Below the pieces are notes generated by a model that did no database searches, was not told the DNA's origin, and was given only the letters and a program-made list of their open reading frames with translations. Source: a virus (lineage: Duplodnaviria > Caudoviricetes). Taken from it: a DNA stretch of 64,000 nt. The position numbers and the translations under genes were made by a program. This document shows, piece by piece, positions 56,800 through 64,000 of the stretch. Each line of letters begins with the position of its first letter. Position 1 is the first letter of the stretch. The stretch is taken from the IMG/VR virus record IMGVR_UViG_3300020336_000481, positions 1-64,000 of that record, one strand, 5' to 3'.

Positions 56800-57894
56800 A
56801 TGTTGGATGCACTAAAAACACTTTTTGAAAACGATGTAGTTTCTGAAGAAGTGCGTACACAAATTGAAGAGGCTTGGAATAGTAAAATCGCCGAAAATCG
56901 CCGTGAGGTGACTGCTGAACTACGTGAAGAGTTTGCTCAAAAATATGGGCATGATAAAGCACAAATGGTTGAAGCAATCGACACAATGCTATCTGAAAGA
57001 CTAACAGCTGAACTTACTGAGTTCGCTGAAGATAGAAATCAGTTAGCAGAAGCAAAAGCAAAATATGCTGTTGCTATGCGTGAAAATTCGGATTTGCTAA
57101 AGAAATTCGTAGTTGAATCTTTATCCAAAGAAGTTCGTGAACTTCATGAAGATCAAAAAGAAATGGCTACTAAATTTACCAAACTTGAAGAATTTGTTGT
57201 AGAAGCACTTGCAAAAGAAATTGCAGAATTTCAAACAGATAAAAAAGATCTAGCAGAAACCAAGGTAAAACTTGTACGTGAAGCTAAATCTAAATTTGAA
57301 GAAATTCGTAAGAGTTTCATCAACAGAAGTGCAAAGTTAGTATCTGAAACAGTTGGAAAAGGGCTTAACAAAGAACTTACTCAACTTAAAGAAGATATTG
57401 AATCTGCACGTAAAAACGACTTTGGACGAAAATTATTCGAGGCTTATGCTTCTGAATATGCTCACAGCTATCTCAATGAGAAGTCAGAGACAGCTAAATT
57501 AATGAAGGTTGTGAAACTTAAAGACTCACAACTTGCAGAAGCCAAAGCTGCCGCAGATGAGAAATCTAAACTAGTAGAAAGCAAAGATGCTGAAATTAGT
57601 AAAGTAAAAAACGCGGCAACGAGAAATAAAATAGTCAATGAACTTATTGCACCTTTGAGCAAGGATCAAAAAGATATCATGATGGACTTACTGGAATCGG
57701 TTCAAACAGAAAAACTTAGTTCTTCTTTTGATAAGTACCTACCAGCAGTGATTGATGGTAAATCTCCAGAAAAGAAAAAGGCGAATTTAACAGAAGGCAA
57801 AGAAATTACAGGCAACAGAGAAGAAAAAACAATTAGTTCTAAAGCAGACGAAAATAATGTTATTGACATTAAACGTCTAGCTGGATTAAATTAA
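56800..57894 (+). CDS. gp22: prohead scaffolding protein
   Basis: Glu/Lys-rich coiled coil between protease and capsid genes. Confidence 0.85.
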   Translation: MLDALKTLFENDVVSEEVRTQIEEAWNSKIAENRREVTAELREEFAQKYGHDKAQMVEAIDTMLSERLTAELTEFAEDRNQLAEAKAKYAVAMRENSDLLKKFVVESLSKEVRELHEDQKEMATKFTKLEEFVVEALAKEIAEFQTDKKDLAETKVKLVREAKSKFEEIRKSFINRSAKLVSETVGKGLNKELTQLKEDIESARKNDFGRKLFEAYASEYAHSYLNEKSETAKLMKVVKLKDSQLAEAKAAADEKSKLVESKDAEISKVKNAATRNKIVNELIAPLSKDQKDIMMDLLESVQTEKLSSSFDKYLPAVIDGKSPEKKKANLTEGKEITGNREEKTISSKADENNVIDIKRLAGLN

Positions 57895-57905
57895 GGAGAA
57901 AAACT

Positions 57906-59072
57906 ATGTCAGAACTATTAGAAGGACGCTGGCAGGATACCAAAAGTGCTCTACTAGAAGGATTACAAGGTACTAAGAAAAGTGTAATGGAAACTACACT
58001 TGAAAATACCCGTAAGTACTTGTCAGAGAGTGCAACAGCTGGTGCAACATCTGCCGGTAACGTCGCTACATTAAATCGTGTGATTTTACCAGTTATTAGA
58101 CGTGTTATGCCAACTGTTATTGCTAACGAAATTGTTGGTGTTCAGCCTATGACTGGCCCTGTGGGACAGATTCACACACTAAGAGTCCGTTATTCGGAAT
58201 CAAATGATAACGTAACAGCAGGCGATGAGGCACTTAGCCCATTCAAAATTGCTACTGCGTATTCAGGTACAGGTACTGATCCAGATGGTAAAGCTAACGC
58301 AACAGCCGCACTTGAAGGTTCAGCTGGTAGAAAACTTTCTATCCAGATCCTAAAGCAAACTGTAGAAGCAAAAACCAGAAAGCTATCAGCAAGATGGACT
58401 TTTGAATCTGCACAAGATGCTCAATCACAGCACGGTATTGATATCGAAGCTGAGATTATGGCAGCTCTTGCACAAGAGATTACCGCTGAGATCGATCAAG
58501 AAATTCTTGGAAGCCTAAGAGGGTTAGCAGGAACTATTGAAACTTACGATCAAGCAGCAGTAAGTGGTACAGCTACTTTTGTTGGTGACGAACATGCAGC
58601 ACTTGCAGTTCAAATTAACAGAACAGCGAACACTATCGCTCAGCGTACAAGAAGAGGTGCAGGTAACTTTGCAGTTGTTAGCCCATTTGCGTTAACAATC
58701 CTACAAAGTGCTACTACTTCAGCTTTTGCTAGAACAACAGAAGGTACTTTTGAAGCACCTACAAACACTAAATTCGTTGGTACATTAAACAACGCAATGA
58801 AAGTGTATGTTGATTCATATGCAGCTGATAATACACCAGTACTTGTTGGTTACAAAGGTTCAAGCGAATCAGACGCAGCAGCGTTTTACTGCCCATATAT
58901 TCCATTAATGAGCAGTGGAGTTGTACTTGACCCAGCAACATTCGAACCTGTCGTGAGCTTCATGACACGTTACGGATATGTTGAGTTGTCAAACACAGCG
59001 TCATCACTTGGTAACGCAGCTGATTACTTAGGTGAAGTTGCAATTACTTCAAGTAATGTAAGCTTCAGCTAA
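57906..59072 (+). CDS. gp23: major capsid protein
   Basis: RRVMP..IA.EIVGVQPMTGPVGQI, EAKTRKLSARWT.E.AQD, AFYCPYIPL, FMTRYG; probable gp21 site L-S-E41. Confidence 0.97.
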   Translation: MSELLEGRWQDTKSALLEGLQGTKKSVMETTLENTRKYLSESATAGATSAGNVATLNRVILPVIRRVMPTVIANEIVGVQPMTGPVGQIHTLRVRYSESNDNVTAGDEALSPFKIATAYSGTGTDPDGKANATAALEGSAGRKLSIQILKQTVEAKTRKLSARWTFESAQDAQSQHGIDIEAEIMAALAQEITAEIDQEILGSLRGLAGTIETYDQAAVSGTATFVGDEHAALAVQINRTANTIAQRTRRGAGNFAVVSPFALTILQSATTSAFARTTEGTFEAPTNTKFVGTLNNAMKVYVDSYAADNTPVLVGYKGSSESDAAAFYCPYIPLMSSGVVLDPATFEPVVSFMTRYGYVELSNTASSLGNAADYLGEVAITSSNVSFS

Positions 59073-59093
59073 TAAGCTAAGTTATACTAACTT

Positions 59094-59123
59094 AAAAAGG
59101 GCGGCTTAGGTCGCCCTTTTTTT
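59094..59123 (+). terminator. intrinsic terminator after gp23
   Basis: GGGCGGC-TTAG-GTCGCCC followed by T7 and preceded by A5. Confidence 0.9.
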
Positions 59124-59151
59124 ATGACTAAAACCCTAACCGAAAGGATTT

Positions 59152-59298
59152 ATGGCTCGTGTTAAATTTAATCCAACCCTAGAAGCACATGAATACACAA
59201 AAAAGAAAACATCAATAGGCGGAGGAAAACATTCCAAAACTATGATGAATAAAAGTAAAAGAAGAAGCTACAAAAAGTATAATGGACAAGGAAAGTAA
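59152..59298 (+). CDS. 48-aa very basic protein (MARVKFNPTLEAHEYTKKKTSIGGGKHSKTMMNKSKRRSYKKYNGQGK), not in the ORF track
   Basis: AAAGGA RBS at 59143-59148, ATG 59152, TAA 59296-59298. Confidence 0.7.
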   Translation: MARVKFNPTLEAHEYTKKKTSIGGGKHSKTMMNKSKRRSYKKYNGQGK

Positions 59299-59325
59299 TT
59301 TTTTTAAATTTTGGTAAAAAAGAGG

Positions 59326-59354
59326 TTGACTTCTGAATAAAAGTTTGCTATATT
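59326..59354 (+). promoter_or_regulatory. sigma70 promoter TTGACT-N17-TATATT with extended -10 TG
   Basis: -35 at 59326-59331, TGc-TATATT at 59346-59354, AT-rich upstream tract. Confidence 0.8.
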
Positions 59355-59360
59355 AAGTAC

Positions 59361-59577
59361 ATAAGCAATAAAAGAGTAATTAACTTTTATTTGTAGTGCA
59401 TCGAAGAGGCCTTTACCAGAAGGGCTTAAGATGACTAGCCAGGGGTGGTACCCAGGGTCTGTAGTAGAAATACGCAGGTTCACATCGCAGTCACTAGCGG
59501 GGTTAGGTTGTACAGAAACAGAATGGTATTCCGGACTGTGCTTGTAGGTGAAACCGAGTCCTACCTACTTTGCTTAT
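59361..59577 (+). ncRNA. unclassified ~217-nt structured small RNA
   Basis: bounded by promoter and terminator; ends pair (ATAAGCAA/TTGCTTAT); several internal hairpins; no ORF with an RBS. Confidence 0.75.
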
Positions 59578-59583
59578 CTTTTT

Positions 59584-59617
59584 AAAAGCCCTAGCATTTA
59601 TTTGTTAGGGCTTTTTT
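59584..59617 (+). terminator. intrinsic terminator closing the small RNA
   Basis: GCCCTAGCA-loop-TGTTAGGGC followed by T6. Confidence 0.88.
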
Positions 59618-59625
59618 CTCTTTTG

Positions 59626-59632
59626 ATAAATA
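59626..59632 (+). promoter_or_regulatory. T4-type late promoter ATAAATA
   Basis: immediately after the terminator, ~93 nt before ATG 59726. Confidence 0.7.
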
Positions 59633-59634
59633 CA

Positions 59635-59708
59635 TATGTCAATATTTAGTGTACCGCTGACAACGGTGGACTTATGCGGAAACCAACCGCGTATGACATA
59701 GAACGTCA
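59635..59708 (+). promoter_or_regulatory. structured 5' leader of the downstream structural operon
   Basis: hairpins TACCG/CGGTG and TATGCGG/CCGCGTA enclosed by TATGTCA/TGACATA. Confidence 0.5.
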
Positions 59709-59725
59709 ATAAAAAGGAGAAAAAA

Positions 59726-60085
59726 ATGGGAAGACCAATTAATAAAAAATATTTTGGTGTTGTCGGCGATAACACACAGCCAACAATAGCAATTAGATAT
59801 CACGATGGATCAGCTACTAGAGAAGGTTATATACTTTCTCAAAGAGGCACAAACAAATTTAACTGTGACAGTGCAGCTGGCTCAGCAAAAGTTTGTAGAC
59901 TTGTTAATGAGACTGCACCTAACGCTGAAGGCGAATGTTCTTTAGTAGGTTACGCAGACGGTGGCACAGCAATTATTCTTAAGAAAATGTTCAATAGAAC
60001 AGCAATAGACTGGAATAGCAATCGTTACAAGTGGACAGTTGAAGACGATTCAACTCAATCATTAATTAGATTAACAGCTATCTAA
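59726..60085 (+). CDS. putative virion protein
   Basis: AAGGAG RBS, late promoter, first gene of a structural run. Confidence 0.7.
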   Translation: MGRPINKKYFGVVGDNTQPTIAIRYHDGSATREGYILSQRGTNKFNCDSAAGSAKVCRLVNETAPNAEGECSLVGYADGGTAIILKKMFNRTAIDWNSNRYKWTVEDDSTQSLIRLTAI

Positions 60086-60106
60086 ATTATATAGGGGTAA
60101 CATTCA

Positions 60107-61363
60107 ATGGCAAGAGTAGTTAGGGTTTCTAACAGTAATTACAAAATAGCTGTTCAGTCAGGTGGACAAATAACACTTGATACTGGAACAACTAGTAATG
60201 AGACTAGATCGATATCTGGTGCTACTCAAGCCAACCCTGTTGTAATTACAACATCAGTAGCAAATAACTTTTACGATAAACAAAGGATAACTATTACTGG
60301 TGTTGTAGGTATGACTCAGTTAAATGATAATAGCTATTACATCAGAATATTAACTAATCAAACTTTTGAACTATACAGCGACCCGTCACTTGCAACCAGT
60401 GTAAACGGTACAGGATATGGATCATGGGTAAGCAATGGTGTTGTTGAAGGTAGGTTTGGTAATGTAGTAGTAATAGGTAACCTTGAAGTACAAGGTACTA
60501 CAACTACTGTAGACAGTACAACACTAACTGTTGCAGATAATATTATTGTACTTACTAAAGACAATATATCTGCAGGTATTCCAAGTTCATTAGGATATCA
60601 AAGTGGTATTGAAGTAGAACGCGGAAGTTTACAAAATAGTAAATTAGTATTTGATGAACAAATTGCTTGGACATTAGGTGGAACTTCAGGACAAGGTACT
60701 TGGACATTTTTAAAAGGCACAGATCTTTTACCAATCAAAACTCCGGGTATTGTTGCAGGTGGAAATTTATACGTAAGTACAGGTAACGGTGTTATTAGTG
60801 TCACAGGCACAACAGATTATGAAGAAAAAGTTTTTGGATATACCGGCGGAACAATTAACGGAACAGTTATTGATGATGATGCAGTACCAAACGCAAAAGC
60901 AGTTGCAGATTACGCAACATATGTAATTCAAAATTCATTCCAGTCAGCTATTGCAGAAGGTGATACTAAAGCAGAAGTATATGACTTTAGTGTAACTGGA
61001 AGTGAAAGTAATTTTAATATTGCAGTAGACGGTATATCAAACACAAATTTTTACCCTAACCGAGTTGAATTTCCTAGTGTTAAAATTCAAGAAAACGAAA
61101 TAAGCACATTAGATAGTAATAAAGATTTAATTTTATCTGCACCTGGTACAGGCTCAGTAAAAGTAAAAGATGTATTAAGTTTAACAACTCCGCTATACGA
61201 TGACGATTTATCTAATGATCCTAGTGCACCAGCAGATGGAATTAAAGTTTATTCTAAAACCCAGGCACAAGGACAAACAGGACTATATTTTGTAAATAGT
61301 AATAATAAAAGCGGAGAACTAGTAAGCAAAAACCGAGCATTATTGTTTGGTATGTTGTTTTAA
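60107..61363 (+). CDS. virion structural/fibre protein
   Basis: ISGATQANPVVITT..G..GMTQLN small beta module, GNLEVQGTTTTV fibre repeat. Confidence 0.65.
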   Translation: MARVVRVSNSNYKIAVQSGGQITLDTGTTSNETRSISGATQANPVVITTSVANNFYDKQRITITGVVGMTQLNDNSYYIRILTNQTFELYSDPSLATSVNGTGYGSWVSNGVVEGRFGNVVVIGNLEVQGTTTTVDSTTLTVADNIIVLTKDNISAGIPSSLGYQSGIEVERGSLQNSKLVFDEQIAWTLGGTSGQGTWTFLKGTDLLPIKTPGIVAGGNLYVSTGNGVISVTGTTDYEEKVFGYTGGTINGTVIDDDAVPNAKAVADYATYVIQNSFQSAIAEGDTKAEVYDFSVTGSESNFNIAVDGISNTNFYPNRVEFPSVKIQENEISTLDSNKDLILSAPGTGSVKVKDVLSLTTPLYDDDLSNDPSAPADGIKVYSKTQAQGQTGLYFVNSNNKSGELVSKNRALLFGMLF

Positions 61364-61375
61364 TAAGGAAAAGAA

Positions 61376-61732
61376 ATGGCGATACAGAATGCACAACTAA
61401 CAACAACGCAACTTGATCTTGTTACAGTTCCATCTGATAAAAGTTATGCTATAACAAATATTATGGTATGTAATACTTTTGACCCTAATGACGGAGCGGC
61501 TGCATCAAATGGTGCAAGTTTTGATATTCATTTAATAAAAAGCGGACAAGCATTAAGTAATAGTATTACATGTGTAGTAAGAGAATTAAGTCTTCCTGCA
61601 GGAGAAACATTTACGTTTGACTCTGAAAGAATTGTTTTAGAGCAAGGTGATAAAGTAAGTTTTGTTGCACAACCTAATACAGGTTCAGGTAATACAAACT
61701 TATCAGCAGTTGTAAGTTATTTGGAAGTGTAA
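61376..61732 (+). CDS. putative virion protein
   Basis: 118-aa beta-rich ORF with AAGGA RBS in the late operon. Confidence 0.65.
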   Translation: MAIQNAQLTTTQLDLVTVPSDKSYAITNIMVCNTFDPNDGAAASNGASFDIHLIKSGQALSNSITCVVRELSLPAGETFTFDSERIVLEQGDKVSFVAQPNTGSGNTNLSAVVSYLEV

Positions 61733-61735
61733 AAA

Positions 61736-62539
61736 ATGAGACTTTTAAAAGGTCAAAATACTAACCTAAGAAACATTTACGGAAAAGGCGTAAAGTATGA
61801 CGTAAATGATCAAGTTATCATGGATAGTGATAACGCTGTTCTTGTGCCTAAAGGTACAACAGCACAACGTCCGACCACTCCAGTTAACGGACAATTTAGA
61901 TACAATACAACAGATAATGTATTTGAACAATACGAAGCTGGCCAATGGCGCCAAGGAAGATATGCAGAACCTGTTAGAGTAGGCATAATACAACAAACAT
62001 TAGGTTATGGCGATGCTGTTGAAGTTTATTTTGGACCACTAGCAAGTGGAGATTCAAACTTTCCTAATCCGGCAGCAGCACAAAACATTTTAGTATTTGT
62101 AGAAAACGTCTTTCAAATATCCACTACTAACTATGTGTTAGAACAAAATCCTGCAAAAACAAACACAGTTTCATCTGTAGTAAGCGTAGGGGCAACTACA
62201 GTAATTCAAACAACTACAGCACACGGATACGCGGCGACAGACCTGGTTTATATAGAAGGTATAAATGCAAACGGTGATGCTATTGAAAACATAAACAACG
62301 GTGACAGTTCAAGTCCAACCAGTCATGACGTTGTAAGCATTCCAGCAGCTAATCAAATTGAAATTGCTGTTGATACTTCAGGCGGAAATACAGGTACATA
62401 TAATACTTCAAATCTTGCAACAATTAAAAGAGCAAGTTCCATCGACGGACAGTTTTATGCAGACGGCTATTACCTTAAATTTAATTCAGCTGTTGATTTA
62501 AACAAAGCAGTTACAGTTCTTCATAACTTTGACAAATAG
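61736..62539 (+). CDS. virion structural/fibre protein
   Basis: VPKGTTAQRP..P.NGQFRYNT...FE.Y...W repeat typical of fibre proteins; TTTAHG module. Confidence 0.65.
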   Translation: MRLLKGQNTNLRNIYGKGVKYDVNDQVIMDSDNAVLVPKGTTAQRPTTPVNGQFRYNTTDNVFEQYEAGQWRQGRYAEPVRVGIIQQTLGYGDAVEVYFGPLASGDSNFPNPAAAQNILVFVENVFQISTTNYVLEQNPAKTNTVSSVVSVGATTVIQTTTAHGYAATDLVYIEGINANGDAIENINNGDSSSPTSHDVVSIPAANQIEIAVDTSGGNTGTYNTSNLATIKRASSIDGQFYADGYYLKFNSAVDLNKAVTVLHNFDK

Positions 62540-62545
62540 ATTTTA

Positions 62546-62552
62546 ATAAATA
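62546..62552 (+). promoter_or_regulatory. T4-type late promoter ATAAATA
   Basis: intergenic, before AGGAG RBS and ATG 62572. Confidence 0.7.
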
Positions 62553-62571
62553 CTGTGTCAGGAGATAATTT

Positions 62572-64000
62572 ATGGCACAAGTAGGTAGAATATCCGGTCC
62601 GTTATTAGAAGCAAATTTAGAAAGAAACGGCAAAAATCTTTCTTTTCGTAACGACTTAGATACCACACAATTATTATTATTAGACGTAGTAAATGGCAAA
62701 CTAGCAGTAAACTACGCTACACCTAGCCGCGAATTAGAAATTGCAGGCACAACAAGATCAACCAACTATCTCTCTACAGATTCCACACTTGCAGATATTA
62801 TATTTGATAATAATGAAATAAAAAATATTTCAGGTAATATTAATTTTAATGCTACAACTGCTATTGTATCACCAAACATTGAAACTGACAATATAAGAAT
62901 TACTGATAATACAATATCTACACATAGAAGTAATGCAAACTTAGAATTACGCCCTTGGAGAGATTATCAACTAGTTAACGGTGATCCGTATACGACAGAA
63001 TTGCTTGCCGGACTTACAGCGGCGTCATCAGGTGGATCTCACACTTACAAAGCATTTTGGGAAGTAGTTTTACCAAGCGGATTTGCAAGAGGAGATGTAA
63101 ACGAAAGTGGTGGTATTGACATTGACGATGTTATGGCGTTCCTTAGTGTAGCTAGAGGAATTACTACATCAGGCAGTACATACGACCGCAGTGTAGCAGC
63201 AATTGAAGCAAGTTTACCTACATTGGAAGTTAAAAGCAATTTAAATGTAGATGGAGCAATTAATGCTACCGGCAATATTACAATGGACGGTAATATTACA
63301 ATAGGTGATAATCAAGCTCAAGATACTGTAGATTTTAATGCAGAATTTATTAGTAACATTGAACCAGATGTTACTTATACATACAACATAGGAAGTTATA
63401 ACGATCGTTGGTTACGTCTTGATACTAATCTTGTAAACGGACAAAAAGTAATTGCCGGTAATTATATTGCTGGCGGCGTTGACATAGCACAACGACAAGG
63501 AAATATTTTTTATGTTAGTGTTAACGGTACAAACACCAATAGTGGAGAACATCCACAATCACCTTTTAAAACAATTAAACATGCTTTAGACGCTGTTGAT
63601 GCTAGTTCAGCAGGCCCTGTAACTATTCACGTTTATCCAGGAGACTACGAAGAACAACTGCCGTTAACAGTGCCATCTAATGTTACAATACAAGGACATG
63701 ATTTAAGAAATACTGTAATTAGACCAGATACTAGCAGCCAAAGCGAAGACGTATTTTTACTTAACGGTGAAACAACAATTAAGCAACTTACAATTAAAGA
63801 CTTTTATTACGACAGTGGAAATAATAAAGGACATGCATTTAGATTTGCAAATAATGCTGTAATTACAACACGTAGTCCTTACATACAAGATGTAACTGTA
63901 ATTACACAAGGTACAACTACAAGTGCAAGTGATCCAAGAGGTTTTGCAAGTGGAGATGCAGGTAAAGGCGCTTTAATAGATGGTGCAGTAGTACCAGCTT
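62572..64000 (+). CDS. tail fibre/spike protein with pectate-lyase-like beta-helix (partial, runs off the right edge)
   Basis: MAQVGRISGPLL start, frame open to the end; FYVSVNG...G....PFKTIKHAL, IHVYPGDYEE.LPL.VP..V.I.G. Confidence 0.8.
   Translation, partial: MAQVGRISGPLLEANLERNGKNLSFRNDLDTTQLLLLDVVNGKLAVNYATPSRELEIAGTTRSTNYLSTDSTLADIIFDNNEIKNISGNINFNATTAIVSPNIETDNIRITDNTISTHRSNANLELRPWRDYQLVNGDPYTTELLAGLTAASSGGSHTYKAFWEVVLPSGFARGDVNESGGIDIDDVMAFLSVARGITTSGSTYDRSVAAIEASLPTLEVKSNLNVDGAINATGNITMDGNITIGDNQAQDTVDFNAEFISNIEPDVTYTYNIGSYNDRWLRLDTNLVNGQKVIAGNYIAGGVDIAQRQGNIFYVSVNGTNTNSGEHPQSPFKTIKHALDAVDASSAGPVTIHVYPGDYEEQLPLTVPSNVTIQGHDLRNTVIRPDTSSQSEDVFLLNGETTIKQLTIKDFYYDSGNNKGHAFRFANNAVITTRSPYIQDVTVITQGTTTSASDPRGFASGDAGKGALIDGAVVPA

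Noticed and set aside
59441-59460. Canonical T-box riboswitch
   Set aside because: No downstream CCC strand to form the antiterminator, no Stem I specifier motifs seen and no amino-acid gene downstream; only the motif similarity is kept as a finding
3264-63275. Many short ORFs antisense to, or nested in, long genes in the ORF track (e.g. 13580-14017, 35635-36156, 41731-42189, 51877-52380)
   Set aside because: They shadow well-supported genes, lack RBS or promoter context and show the composition expected from antisense reading
1-64000. CRISPR or other repeat-spacer arrays, tRNA genes, reverse transcriptase/DGR/retron, transposases, inteins
   Set aside because: None seen by eye; the intergenic gaps lack periodic repeats or cloverleafs, and core proteins have normal lengths
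1-64000. Stop-codon reassignment, as in some jumbo phages
   Set aside because: Coding density is near complete in the standard code, and TAA, TAG and TGA all end genes at sensible boundaries

Overview
AT-rich segment of a large T4-related (Tevenvirinae-like gene set, jumbo-type) myophage genome, read in the standard genetic code. Left arm (minus strand, 1-42122): a baseplate/tail-fibre block (gp48/54-like, gp53, hub, gp5, gp25, gp6, a 5051-aa wedge/structural protein, three paralogous fibre proteins, two paralogous structural proteins), then a tightly coupled enzyme operon (three GT-A glycosyltransferase-like proteins, three radical SAM enzymes, a GT-B-like protein, an SGNH protein) behind its own consensus sigma70 promoter. 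Right arm (mostly plus strand): late sigma gp55, gp47/gp46, a stand-alone GIY-YIG nuclease, gp51/gp26, tape measure, portal, a Maf/DUF115-like enzyme, an acidic core protein, gp21 protease, gp22 scaffold, gp23 capsid and further virion proteins. T4-type late promoters ((A)TAAATA) and sigma70 promoters are readable. The least explained elements are non-coding: a ~217-nt structured RNA gene with its own promoter and terminator after the capsid gene (59361-59577), a ~510-nt heavily base-paired region directly behind the GIY-YIG gene (46549-47057), and a structured late 5' leader (59635-59708). All protein assignments come from motifs and synteny by eye; no database search was run.
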